Assembly (NCBI RefSeq): GCF_006345805.1
Contig: NC_043005.1
Span: forward strand, 62,930,001-62,994,000
Reading direction: 5' to 3'
DNA length: 64,000 nt
Source: Octopus sinensis
Lineage: Eukaryota
Shown piece after piece: positions 22,013-35,690 of the stretch. The notes beneath the pieces are model-generated. The model saw nothing but the letters and a program-made list of their open reading frames with translations. It was not told the origin of the DNA and did no database searches. Numbering within the stretch: position 1 is the first letter of the stretch; each line of letters starts with the position of its first letter. The translations under genes and the position numbers were made by a program.

Positions 22013-22989
22013 CATTCTTCTAGGTTATGCTATTGTGCTAATTAATAGTGTGTCAAATGTGTCAATTAGCGGTGCCATTGATAATTTTGTCCTTACCTCA
22101 GTGGTACCACAGGTACCATATATTAAAAGTCTGGTGACATATATTAAAAGTTTCCTTATAGAACTATATTCATAAAAAGTATATAACTATATTATCATCC
22201 TCAAATTTGAGAAGCAAACACTCATAACTTTTTACTTTTAAAACTTCATTGCATGAGATTAATACCATGAATTCCTTGAATTGAGCTCTATCATTTAATC
22301 TTCATTAGAATATACTTTGTTTTTAAAATAAAAAAGTTAATTATACTTAAATCCAATTTTTTGCCTTATATTTTCTTCATATTTTACCTCACAACTTTTT
22401 TATACAAATTTTTGTTGCAAGGGACTAAATCTATGTAATTCTTCTTGCTTTCATCTATCATCAAAGCTAAGATAAAAATATTTTGTTTTTAAAATAAAAA
22501 AGGTATTTAGATCTAAACTTGATTAATGGTGTTACTAACTTTCCTATAATGTTGCTACAAATTTTGATATAAAATTTTTCTACTGGATCAAATCTCAATT
22601 TTTTTTATGCCAAAATGTAGCTAGAGGCCAGTCCTCTTCAAAAATGTTAACAGTTTTCCATTTGATTAAGAACTGAATTAGAGACAAGCTCTGAAAGATG
22701 CTGCTTGTGAGTAAATTGCGGCCTTAAGAACATTATTCAACTTTTACCGTAGTTGAATGATATGGAATTCTGAAATTTAGACCCTACTTCTCATTGAATT
22801 ACATGTTATGTAACATGAAAGAAAATGTGGAAATTGGTTTCATCTGATAGCAAAATTTTCAGGAATGTAATGCTTGTACTTCATGAGTTAAAACTTTAAG
22901 TGTTGTAAGTAATGGACTAGGGGATTTGGCTTGGCTTGCTTCATGCTCTTGCTTGATGGGACTGAAGTCATTCCAAGTTAGTGGTTCAG

Positions 22990-23075
22990 AGGTGACATCA
23001 TGCATATAGCTGACCAGATCCACTAGAACTCTCCATTGCTGGCAGTCCTGTGCCAGCCCATCTGCATCCTGATGA
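22990..23075 (-). mobile_element. RTE-type LINE 3' coding tip
   Basis: ADGLAQDCQQWRVLV resembles the 'AqDR..Wr.lv' end motif. Confidence 0.5.
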
Positions 23076-23129
23076 CTAGTGGAAAATATGAAAAACTTAA
23101 TGTAATGTAAAAGGGGATCAAGTGTCATA

Positions 23130-23300
23130 TATTCAGCAACACATTTTTATATTCTGAATTTATCTTTGCCTTTCATCAGTCGAAAATTCTCTCAATTCCC
23201 ATTGTATCTAGAAAGATCAACTAAAGTACTTGAAGCTGAACTACATTAATTTTGTCATTCTTTTGATTTGGGTAGTGTTGAAGGTACAGTTGTAGGGACT
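23130..23300 (-). mobile_element. hAT dimerisation-domain relic
   Basis: LQVL*LIFLDTMGIERIFD**KAK resembles the hAT C-terminal 'ER.FS' motif. Confidence 0.35.
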
Positions 23301-23878
23301 CCTTTGAAAATGATGTTCTGTGTTATACACATGTCACTTCTTTTTCACTTTATGCCAAGAAGTAAACAATCTTAACTATGGAATGAAATCAAAGACATAA
23401 TATATCTATAGTAGTCTGCCACTGTTTGACTCTGTAGATAAAGCTTTAACAAATCTTAATTGCATTCTTATTTTCATATCAGTGAAAAGTTCTTATGGTT
23501 AGACTTGAACCCATAATCCCAGTGAATGAAGTATAATAACCGCTTTACTGAGCTGTAGATCCTAAAAGGGCATATCAGTAAAAGAGGTGCAGACACGCTT
23601 AAAAAAATTGCTACAGATAATATTTGTGGTTAAATTTATGTTATATAAAATTGGTGATGTTGTTTATGTCAAGTAACGTAGCAGTTCAACAAATACTTGT
23701 TAATAAAATAAGTATTAAACTTTAAAATGAGTCCCAGAATCAATATGCTTAATTAAACCTTTGAAGGTGGTGCCTCAGGATAGCTGCAATCCAAAAGACT
23801 AAATGAGTAAAGAATATATATGCCTTAATTGAAAATATTTATTTATCTGGTAATCAAATATTTATTTATCTGGTAATC

Positions 23879-24492
23879 AAAATCAAATCAAACCAAATCA
23901 AATCAGATATCAGAAAGCAGAACCAAAATCGAAGTCGATCAACATCAATGGAAATTGCGGCTGTGATACCAGTGCCGGTGACAAGTAAGCGAACCATCCG
24001 ATCGTGGCCGTTGCCAGCGCCGCCCCGACTGACCTCCGTGCCCGTGACACATAAAAAGCACCATCCGTTCGTGGCCGTTGCCAGCCTCGCCTGGCCCCTG
24101 TGCCGGTGGCACGTAAAAGGCACCATCCGTTCATGGCCGTTGCCAGTCTCACCTGGCCCCCGTGCCGGTGGCAGGTAAAAAGCACCATCCATTTGTGGCC
24201 GTTGCCAGCACTGCCCCGACTGGCCTCTGTGCCGGTGGCACGTAAAAGCACCATCCATTTGTGGCCGTTTGCCAGCTCCGTCTGGCTCCTGTGTGGGTGG
24301 CACATAAAAAGCACCCACTACACTCGCGGAGTGGTTGGCGTTAGGAAGGGCATCCAGCCGTAGAAACACTGCCAGATCAGACTGGGCCTGATGCAGCCTT
24401 CTGGCTTCACAGACCCCAGTTGAAACGTCCAACCCATGCTAGCATGGAAAACGGACGCTAAATGATGATGATGGGGATGATGATGATGATCT
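23879..24492 (+). mobile_element. Non-autonomous RTE-tailed retroelement with ~6 internal ~62-bp hairpin repeats and a (GAT)n tail
   Basis: Structure is (AAATC)n lead, then tcaatggaaattgc 5' block, tandem gtgccggtggcacgtaaaaagcaccatcc units, and a 3' tail shared with the RTE fragment at 58760-59370. Confidence 0.8.
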
Positions 24493-25099
24493 GCCAATTG
24501 TCTTACAAATAATATTTCTTGGACATTGTTCCATAGTAGTATCAGTCAACTGTCTTATGAATAATGTAAATTTTATGTCTTTAGTTTTATTCCATAGCTA
24601 GTTACATACATAGATGGGAAGCTTTAGCTTAGCAGGAAATTAATTATACAAAAGTGCATATGTTAAGTGACTAACAAATTTTAAAAAAATTAGTTCAATA
24701 AAAAATTATTCTCTTTGCTGTCCCCACATTGCAACCACCATTACCTTCATTAAACAATAGCCCTAATGAAGGCACCACCACCTTGGCAAATACGACAGTT
24801 CTCTGTATAAGTGCAGCTGATTATGTCTGCAAATAATATTCCCTTTCTCCTATATCCCCTCCAGTAAACATCCTTTCCTTTCTTCTCCTCTACTAACTTT
24901 TAACTGCGTAAAATAACAACATTCCTCTTCTCCACTCTCTTGCTGATACCTCACCCCTGCTACAAAAACTCTTCTCTGTCTATCTCTTTACATCTTCCTT
25001 CTACTAACCATTCAAACACTTTCTCCTACCTGTCACTACTATTACATTTCATTTCACTAAACTCTTTTCTCTCCCACTCCTAATCTAACCATTTAACTG

Positions 25100-25400
25100 C
25101 ATAAGCAGAATATTCGAAATGTGAAGAAATTATTACAGGTTTTCAACTGTTATGCGGTTAATAACAAAATTTTAGGAATGCAGTGGAATATTAACAGTTA
25201 AAAAGCAGTGAATAAAGTGACAAGCAATTTTGGATATTTAGCATACATTAAGCTGAGAGATTTTGAATAAAATTTTGTAATGGTTGCTGTGTATCATGAA
25301 TAACACTATGGATTGATAGCTCCACAGTTGAATATCTGGACACTGTGGAAAATTAAATCATTAGGAAAATGCATTCCACATATGCCTATTTGATTTACCA
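25100..25400 (-). mobile_element. Mariner-like transposase relic
   Basis: STVSRYSTVELSIHSVIHDTQQPLQNFIQNLSA*..LYSLLFN..AFLKF resembles the mariner HTH to catalytic-domain start. Paralogous to 20700-20890. Confidence 0.45.
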
Positions 25401-25774
25401 ACACTTAGATATAAAAATGGTTTGGTAAATAATTTGATTAAAATAATTACGCATGTGATTTATCAAGGATTATCTATGATTTTGCTTACATAAAAGAAGC
25501 ATCAAATTAGAATATGCTTTGGCTGCTTCCCTCAGAAAAATTACCAAAGACTTTTAGGTGTTGTTTGTTGATTAGGATTTTGGAAATTGAGCCTTCCAAA
25601 GATTTTCATGGATTTCTGGTTAAATATTTATTCAGTTATTTTTCAACATTGTTAGATATTTATACCTAGTCCACACATGGCCTATTTTAAACTGTTGTTC
25701 AATGTACACAGAACACACACACACACACACTAATGCCTAGGTTTATTTAATTTTGATATACCTTTCATCTTTTA

Positions 25775-26160
25775 CATGTTTCAGTCTTTGGACTTCAGCC
25801 ATGCCAGGAACCATCTAGATGAATTTAGTCAAAAAAATTGATCCCTCTACTTATTTTTAAACCTGGTACCTATTCTATTGGTTTTTTCTTTGTTTTTGCT
25901 GTAAACAAATTGACACCAGTTATCAAGCAGTAGTAGGGCATTCACACACATGCATACACACACACACATGCACACACACACATACTCCCGACACATGTAT
26001 ACGACAGGCTTCTTTCAATTTCCCTCTAAGAAATTCACTCTCAAGGCTTTGTTTTGGCCTAGGGTTATAATGGAACATACTTGTCCAAGGTGCTGTGCAG
26101 TGGGACTGAAGTCAAGACCACATGGTTGGGAAGTAAGCTTCTTCCTGTACAGCCATAATT
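25775..26160 (-). mobile_element. SINE family A (diverged)
   Basis: Reverse-complement homology to 7178-7570. Confidence 0.65.
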
Positions 26161-28330
26161 TAATTTTTTTTTTTGTTGTTATTAAATTCTGTATAAAGTT
26201 ATCAAAATATTTTAGCTGTAGACTTTTTCAGTTATTATTTCAATAATCACTACTCTTACCAAGGCACCTATGAGACTTATATAGTTCTGTTTTGTTCTGA
26301 ATTCTGTGTGGTTAAGCATGAATAGAGTATATTAATCTATCAATTTATTTTGTCAGAAATTTGCTAAGTAAGCTGGAACAAATAAAATTACATTTTTTCA
26401 TTGATACTGCAAAATATCTGAAGTGGAATTATAAGGCTGATACTTCACCTACTTGATTATTTTAGCCTGTTAGAATATATTACACTTTTGAAATAAAGGT
26501 GAATATAATACTGTAATTGATATACATGTAAATTTAATAGATTGGATTTCTATTTGAAAATTTTATGAAGATAACACAATAACAACAATGATGTTGATAT
26601 AAAACTGCAGCACATCAGGATTATTTTAGGGTGATTAGCTAAGAAACTATCTTTCAAATCCTAAATAAATAAAGACTATATACATTGTGAAGAGAGATAG
26701 AAAAAAGAATAAAGACAGACTTAACAAATATGCTGAGAAATTGAAAAGAATGGGGAAAGGGAGAAATACTTGAAAATAAGATAATAGCTGCAGCTAGTGT
26801 AGAGGTAACAATTTATTAAACATTTCCAGTGAATAGATCAGTTTCGCATCAACCAATTTAAAACAAAACATAGGGCAGAATATTGTAAAATTCTTTCTTG
26901 CTGGCTAAATAGAAATTGACTGCAATAGAAAGTAAAGAGCATGAAAAATGTTGTTTGAATTGCAAATGCTATTTTAGGATACTTCCATTAAGAGGATATT
27001 AAAAACAAATAAGCATAAAAATGTACTTTATACACAGCTACATAGCAATTGAGGAATCTAAAACAATGTCACTATGGGTTGTTTTTTGTTTTTGTTTTTT
27101 GTTTTTTTAACAGGGAACAGATTTGTTTAATTCCAATCAATATATGAATCACAAATTCTTCCTCTGTATCTCATTTCACTACAACAGAAATGATTCCTAT
27201 TAAAATAACTAAAATTAAATAACAGAATGATTTGAATGCACCAGAAAAAAACATTTATCTATTTTTTATCATTAAAAACTCATTTGCTTTCTTAATATTT
27301 AAATTTTAAAATGTAGTATGGTTGGTTCAGAGGTTACATGAGAAATGTATTTTAAAAAATACTTAGCATATAAAGAAATAACTCATAAAAATGGTATCAT
27401 ATTTCTTTTAGAGCTAAAATACTAAAATTTAAAAAAAATTAATTGGGAAATGGAACTTTATGGAAGAGTTTTATGATGGCTTCATTATATAAATTATCAT
27501 AGTACTAAGTGCCAAAGTGTAAAGGTAAATTCTAGGAAACTAAATACTGCTTTACTATTGTCATTTTTGTCGCCTTTATAAAAGAGATAAACACTTCAGA
27601 TTGCATTCCTCACTTCAAGCCAAAGTAAACAGTCATAATGATACTCTTATAATATTAAGATATATAACCTATAGTCAGAATTGTTGTAACAATAATGGTG
27701 ATTGCTGCTGCAAAGTAGATTTTCACTGCCATGATGATTGTTTTAATTCATACAGAAGCAATGATGGTAGTCGTCAGTTATGATAATGATGATGCCTATT
27801 CTGATAAGAAAGATTTCAAAAAGATTCAAAATATAAGATTGAGGATTTTATTTTAGAGATGACCAATTTTGTGACAATGAATGCAGTGCAACATTTTTTT
27901 TTTTTAGATTATTATGGTATAATTTCGATAGCTATAAAGATTATTGTTGTAATTCTATCAAAAATTGTGGAGTTTATTTAGATTTTATCAAATTACAGAT
28001 GTAACTACTACAGACATTTTATGATAAATGTATAGCATAAAATTAGGTTCTTTGAAAACTTATACAATTTACAACCATAAAGAATTATGTTCAGGTATTT
28101 GTTTTATAAAGACTTGATTGTTTTTCACTTCAGAACAACAGCAATATGAGTTGGGTTGCAAATAATTATAAAATATAGACCTGTTTTAATGTACAATTTC
28201 ACATTAACCAAAAGTTTTATGAGAAACATAAAATGGAATTTATTTTATTTCTTTATGATAGACATGTTTATTGCAACTATCCTACTATGACTGAAATAAA
28301 CTTTTAGAAATAATCAGCAATTAAAACTTA

Positions 28331-28371
28331 AATAACAATGTTTTCTAAATTTTATTTTAATCTTCAGCTTT
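28331..28371 (-). ncRNA. AT-rich minimal hammerhead-like motif
   Basis: aaag-CTGAAGA-t-TAAA(ataaaa)TTTA-GAA-AACATTGTT-A^ttt. Helix III is near-palindromic, but all stems are weak. Confidence 0.4.
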
Positions 28372-31300
28372 ATGTTTATTGGGAAGGAGTGACTTTATAT
28401 AATCTAGTAATTGTGCTATCATTTAGGATGGAAAATGACAAAAAAAGCATAAAAATTGAAATGATATTAAAAAATGCTTTGAAGTTACTTAATAAAGGTC
28501 AATGAAAACTAAACTAAAACAACCACACACTATTCCTGACAAAATAAAAAATATTTCTTTCTATCAGAAAATCATCGAAATTATTGTTTTTCATGTTAGC
28601 ATTAGCTGGATGTCTTTGTCATACAGCATACTATCATTCTTTTTTATCGGGATTCATCTTGCCTGTGAGGCTCATCAGGCAATTATCATAGACATTATTG
28701 TATGCAGCATGTTTATCTACATATCAAAAAGAGATGGCTCAATTTCTTTCACAGTTGAATTATATTTATATATTTGTGGATATAATGACATGGAAAGTTT
28801 ACTTCACTGTGAAATTTATGTAACCTATTTTGGATTTACTTGAGCATAATGCAAAATTGGTTCTAAAAATACATCTATAAATTGAGTTTATAAAGTTTAT
28901 AAAGCATAAAGTTTTTGCGTAAGAATGTACATAATGGGAGAATTACCATAAGATTTTCATACTTTTAATTATTTTCTCTGTTGAAAACTATGAACATGAA
29001 TTCCTCAGAAAACTAACACTTAGTATCTTCCATTTAATTGTTACCTCTGTATTAAAACATGCAATGTCTATTATCCTTTTATTTCTTCTACCATATTCTC
29101 AACAATAATCTGAATTCAACTGACATTCACAGAATCAGTCAAAAGCTGGATTAAGGGCATCTAGAATGATTTTGGCATTATTAACATTGCAAGCAAAAGT
29201 ATATTTCAGTCAAAATGACTATGGTGTAATCTGGATTCAACACATGGATAAAAATATATATGCATATAGATTGAAGGCTGGTCACAAGATATTGAGCCTC
29301 AGAGGGGAGATGACAACAGACTAAGCTTATTGGAAGTTTCATTGTGTTCAACAGGACCTAATCATCACGTCAAAAAGGGTGTCCTAAAAGTATTAAGTTT
29401 ATGTCTATCTCTCCACTCGGCTCTGTCCCTGCACCCAGTCTCTCTCCTTCAAACTTTCCCCTTCTTTCTTCTTTCTAACAATAGCACTATTCATATTGTA
29501 ATTATATGGCAGCAGAATCTGCATGTTTCCTCCCCTTGTGCTACTGGTTACTCGCCCACTTTTTGAGATTGTTTTCTTTAACATACATCCCTCATTCTCA
29601 ATATAATCCCTTCCCACATTATTTTCCACTTCTCACTCCTGTCTGTACCTCTAGTTATCTCTCCCTCTTCTCTGGGTTTCATCTTAGGGCTACCAAACCT
29701 CATCTCTAACACTTTCTCATCTACTGTCACTCTCAACACGCTCTTACATCTATTTTCGATACCCCCACCATTGTCCTCTCCTCATTATAGACATCATTAA
29801 GTACCTTTGATGTTCATCTCTGTCCCTATACATCTCTCTCTCTCTCTCCTTATTTTCTGATCTATTTGCAGGTTTCCCCAATTTTCCGATCTATGCACAG
29901 TCTTATACTGCTGCTTTTCACACATTTCTTGTATTGCCACTAATCACTTCCTCTTTCCTGAGCCTTTTACCTTCTTCCCCATACTGATATTTAACATTGA
30001 CAACACCTTGTCATCACCCTTGTTCACCCTTGTTCATCATTTACTACATTAAAACCTCTGCTCTATCCATAAACACTTGTCACTGTTCTTTCACATGCCT
30101 ATGAACTTATCCACATACACCTGACTATTCTTTGTCCATATTCTCACTTATATTATGCTCTGACATTATGCTCTGACCCCTTCTCACCAATAACTTTATC
30201 TTCTTTCCAGCTACTCCTCTCCACTCCTATATAATGACAGGTAACCAAAATCCCTGGACTTGTCCCCATATCTTCCCTTAACATCTCAATACCTAGCAAA
30301 AAGCTACCTCTCCCTAGACTACCTGCAACCTTTACTTGTGCAGTATCAAGTAAATAGCATCCAATACACTCTGTGAAGCAATTCGTATTAAGAAGGACAT
30401 CCAACCATAAAAACCATACCAAAGCGGAGACTGGAGCTCAATACAGTCCCCCAGCTAATTGGATCATGTCAAACTGTCCATCTGTTGCCAGCATGGAAGA
30501 TCAGTGTTAAATGATAATGAGAGCTTATTCTAAAAAACTTCAGTGAAGGAAAATATGCTAAAATTTTTTATTTCCTCATCCATACAATATAGATTAGTTA
30601 AAGAAATTTTTTCTACTATCCTACAATGTTCCATGTACCATTCGTGTATATTCTAAGAATTCAGATACAATTTTTCCATCTTGAAATAGACACATTACAT
30701 CCAAATATTTATGTTGTCATTGGACATAAGAGTATGTGGATGTGGGTGTTCTTTCAAAGTCTTGTTCAACAATTTAAAGCAAACATTGAGATAAAGGATA
30801 AATTTCAAGAAATGAACACATGGAGATTAATGATTAAAACCTTTTACAAAAATTTCTAGCTGTTCATAATATGCCATCAGGCTGGAAACGCTGTATATAA
30901 ACTCACATACTGTATACATAAACATGGATGTATATATGTTTATGAATGTGCATCAAGCAAAAAAAAAACAAAAACAAAATTCCTACTTTGTTTTCTTTTT
31001 CTTTGTAACATGCTTAAAGTTAGTAGCAAAGAATATTTTGATCAACATTTCTGAAAAAAAAAACTACGAGTTAGTTCTAAGGAATATAATCATTTTGATT
31101 CATTTGATATCAATTTAGAACTTTTCCCTAGTGTAAAGATCCAGATATTTAATCTATTTTTTAAAATTTTCATTGCATGCTTTTTTTAATTCCTATTAAA
31201 GAAAAAAAGCAGATTTCATGCCAAAAGGTAATTTATTTAAGACAGCTTAATGTGTTCAATTATCAGTTGTTTACCCTTAAAATACAACCAGGATCTCTCT

Positions 31301-34300
31301 ATTAAAGTATTATTATTTTCTTCTTCTAGCCAACATCAAAAGAATTAACTGAATAAAGAAAAAAATAAACTAATTTAAGATATTCCATCATGTTTAAATG
31401 CCCTGATTAAACAAAAAAGAATTGTAATGTATAAATAACTGAAGAACAATAAATTTTGTGATAATTCTGCTGTAAATACTATCTACATCTTTATCAATTA
31501 AGTCCAATAAAATAAGCTCCTTTGTAAAGTTATATAACCTTTAATTTGCTAGATTTACTTTAATTTAATCATGTAGCTTTAGGGACAAAAAGTATTAATT
31601 AAGGAACTTCAGTATCATAAAATTTTCTGAGAATTTGTCTTTTGTCATTACAAACTATAAACAAAACTCAAATGCTTTATATTAAAGAAATATGTTGAAT
31701 CATTACATGTATGGCATAACTAAGGTATGTGATTTATAATTAAAATCATTTCATGGAGGAAAATCTCTACGTAAGGAGAAAATATGAAGTTGAATTATAA
31801 TATATAAATTTGTTTATTTGCTTTATGTCTGATTTTCAGTGCTTGCATGGATTGGACAAATATGCTATTTGAAGCATTATTTTACAGTTTGATACCCTTT
31901 TCTTATGCAAACTGCTAAATGATTTTCAAGCAAGGGATTTCTTATCCTACAAAACTTCAAAAAACAAAGTGACCAAAAGATTTATTGACAGGAGAAACTG
32001 AAAACACCATTTACCAGACTTTTATACATGTGATTTCAGAAGTAAACAAATAAACACATACACACACACATGATGAATTTCTTTCAGTTTCCATTTAGCA
32101 AAACCATACACAAGAATATATAGTTTGCTCATGACTATAGTTGAAGGTATTTGTTCAAAGTACAATGCAGTGAGGCTAAACCCAAAACTATATGGTGGTT
32201 GGAAAATGAATTTCTCAATCATACATGTGTACTTGCACTTATTTGTGTGTGTCTGTGTTTGTGTGTGTGTGTGTGTGCTATATCTAAGGTTTGTGAGATA
32301 CAATTGGGACCACCTTATAAAGGAACCATAGAAATTTCTGTGTACACTCAGCGCCTCAGAAAAAGTAGCTGAATTTTGTACACATTACACCTTAATGCCT
32401 ACCAATGGAGAAGATACTTTTGATAATATAGTCTTAAAATTGGATGGCCATATCTGAACTGCCTTTAAATCATAGGTCTGTTTAATCAAAATTTAAATGA
32501 CAATGACAATAAAATATACAACAGCCAGGTATTAGTGTTAGTTATATCACCAGCATTCCCACTGTATTAAAAGTAGAAAATTAATCATAGGCTTTGTACC
32601 AAATTGAAATGAATCATTATTTATAATTCGAAAACATTTATTCACATTTATTCTACTATTCTGTCTAAAATCATTTGATAGATTTCAATTAATGAAACTA
32701 GACGAGAGAAATGACTGAAAGATGTGAAAATAGCTACTGAAATCAATAGGTGAATATCACATTAATTAAATTTAAATGTAATGATTATTAACAAACTCAA
32801 GAAAGTTTAGGAAAGTAATAGGAAAATGTGCTTAACTTTTGTTGAAGTATGTACAATTTGCTTTCTAATAATTTTAATAATCTATATATCGGAAATTTGT
32901 TTTTCTTATTGAAAGTTCTTTTAAAAAGTGATTACAATATATATGTAAATTTTTTATATTATTTTCTTTTGCTTCATTTATAATTCAAAATGTTTATTTT
33001 CAAATGGCTATTGAATACTTAGCATATATTATATAGATACTTGATTACAATATTTATGATATTATTCTTTCAAAAATTGAATTTTTAGAAAAACATAATC
33101 CATAGTTTTAGAATAAATATGCAGAATATTTTGTTGCTAATATGTAGTCAGCTTTATTTCATCAAGTCATTTATGTCTGAATGTTTTTGAAAATGTGTTT
33201 AATGTTTGTTCTAAACATAAGCAAAACATGCAAAGCAAAGAACAAATAATATTTGGAAGAAAGGAAAAAGACTTGAAGAAAAATGTCATATTTTAGATGA
33301 AAATAAAAATGTAATGGCTTAGAAAAAATTCAAATGATATAAACTCAGGACTAAGCTGTCACAGTTAAAACTGAGATGCTTGGAACAAAGTTAGGATAAT
33401 TTTCTTTTTTTTATGGCTGGAGTGTTGAAAGAAAAATATATGGTAATGAACAAGCAGCTCCACATTTTATTCATTGATCTAAAATCAATATATAAGAATG
33501 AATTGACACTAAGTGTTATTTAGAACATGTAAAGGAGCTGCAAGCATAAAAAGAACAACCAATATATTCAGTGAACAGGAGTTGTTGTTTATCCTCAAGT
33601 TGGCCCTGAGTGAGCCAAGCAATGATCAAAGATATTCCATGAACACCCAGTCCTTTGTAGGTATGTCTGTGTATAAAGGACTGTACTCTTTTGTTTTCAA
33701 GATGGTAGGGTGGGAAGTTTCCGTGATAAAACAATTCTTTGTTTACAAACAGCAGAGAAGAAGTACCAAGCATGTAATAACTATATCAGAGAGAAATGAA
33801 AACAAAAGACAAAACAAAAACAAACAATAAAAGCAACAAAAAACTAAGTAAAACTTATTTGATATCTTAAATGAATGGAGAAATCAGTTATCAAAAGTAT
33901 TGGTTAATATACAACACTGGTATAAATATATCTACCGAATGAAAATAAACTTTGAGATAATGGTGAAGATTATAGAAAGGAGACAGGTCAAGTAAGAAAT
34001 GAGGCAATTTCAGTTTATTAAACGTTTAAATATGAAGTTATTTACAAAACACACAAAATATTAGAATGATACAAGTTCCAGGTAATTTAAAAATATATAC
34101 TGGATGTTTTTTTCTTAATCTATGTCCATATGAAAAAGTAGAAAATAATATTTTAAAATAACGGTGATGATGAAAATATTTCACATTAAGTATACCAAAA
34201 TAGTTCTAAGCTCTTCATTTTACATCCATTTTCCATGCTGGCATGAGTTGAATGTGACGTCATGATCCAAAATAAGTTCTTATTTAATTATCACAATCCT

Positions 34301-34349
34301 GGATAGATCAGGAAACCATACATTGTTCACATATTTCATTTGTGGTTTT

Positions 34350-35020
34350 GTTTCTTCAGCTATCTGCTTTTCCAAACATTAATTAGTTCACAGAGCATAC
34401 AGGATAAATTTCAGTCATGACACCAGCACTATGGAGATTCTCTTATTCCAAGAATGATATAGAATCGTCTTTACCCCATGATGTCTCCATGCATTCACTG
34501 GAAACAGAGAGGTTGTCTCATTCCAAACAACACAAAAGAGTGTCCTCTCTCTACTGGATTACCTCTGTTCATTTGTTCTTCTCTTTTACACAAATTAGTG
34601 TATAGAGAAGGTCATTTTCTAACATGTCACTAGCACAGTCATGCATTGCTGATGTGGTCAGAGAGACTTCAGAAGCTAAGAAAAAGGTGATAGAAAGAGA
34701 CAGTATATTGAAAGAAGTTAGGAGATAGTGATAAAAAGTGAGTGACAAACAAGAGAGTAATGAAAACATTGGTACATTGTAAGAAGATGCCTATGGCAGA
34801 GAGCCTTAATAGTAATACAATTTGATGCCAATTTTCATGTTGCCTGTGTTGAACATCTCAAATTCAGCTTTCTGTCCAGGTAGCCATCAACCTCATGAGT
34901 CTGCCTTTTTAGAGCCATATCCACCACATTTTTCTCAGTTTCCCTTTTCCACAGATTCTATCTACTTAGAAGGTTTGACATTTTTTAAACTGATATTCTC
35001 CATATGTATCATATCTCTGA
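34350..35020 (-). mobile_element. Degenerate RTE-type LINE 3' region
   Basis: Similar to the 58760-59370 fragment (tgtggaaaaggg...aaaaatgtggtggatatgg...). Confidence 0.4.
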
Positions 35021-35499
35021 CCAGTGCTGTTTTTTCTTTTATTTACCACATCTGATTCCTTTTATGTATAACTATGAATGGTATAACTATGAATGTATAA
35101 CTATGAATGGTAAGAATAACAGCATCTACTTTATTGAGTTAGAATGCTAAAAGTGTGATATGTTCAGTATTATCTAATTATGATTTAAACAGCAAACAAG
35201 AAAAAATCAATTTATTCAAAGTTTAATTGTTATAAATTAGCATAATAGCTTAGCCTATGACTTTTTTGTCACTTCTATTACTATGGGAATTAAATTTTTT
35301 TCCTAAACCATATATTGATAAATTTCTTGAAAATTAGATTTTAGACAATGATACTTTAATGATAATTTAGTTGTTGATATTTAATTTATATTATTAAATA
35401 AATATTGAAGGTAACAACTAACAATTGACAGAGTGAACAAAATATCTTGGGTCATTTATTGCAACTCCTGACAAAGAGTTCAAATATGTGTTTAAATGT

Positions 35500-35690
35500 A
35501 AAAAGCACCCACTACAATCATAGAGTGGTTGGCGTTAGGAAGGGCATCCAGCTGTAGAAACACTACCAGATCAGACTGGAGCCTGATGCAGCCTCCTATC
35601 TTCCCAGACCCCGGTCAAACCGTCAAACCCATGCTAGCATGGAAAGAGGACGTTAAACAATGATGATAATGATGATGATGATGATGATGA
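35500..35690 (+). mobile_element. RTE-tail element (short copy)
   Basis: gagtggttggcgttaggaagggcatccagctgtagaaac...catggaaa..gacgttaaa(GAT)n. Confidence 0.8.

Noticed and set aside
23960-24310. Regular ~62-bp palindromic repeats resembling a CRISPR array
   Set aside because: The units are contiguous homologous repeats with no unique spacers, inside a eukaryotic retroelement; no cas genes.
28655-28685. CTGATGA-GCCT(cac)AGGC hammerhead-like half on the minus strand
   Set aside because: GAAA is replaced by AAGA, and no helix III or helix I partner is found.
31436-31480. CTGAAGA-ACAA/TTGT-GATA hammerhead-like motif
   Set aside because: A14 is mutated and helix I does not pair.
33523-33660. Exon-like frame ending at AG|GTATGT (EQELLFILKLALSEP...)
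   Set aside because: No recognisable homology and no linked exons; left as unsupported.
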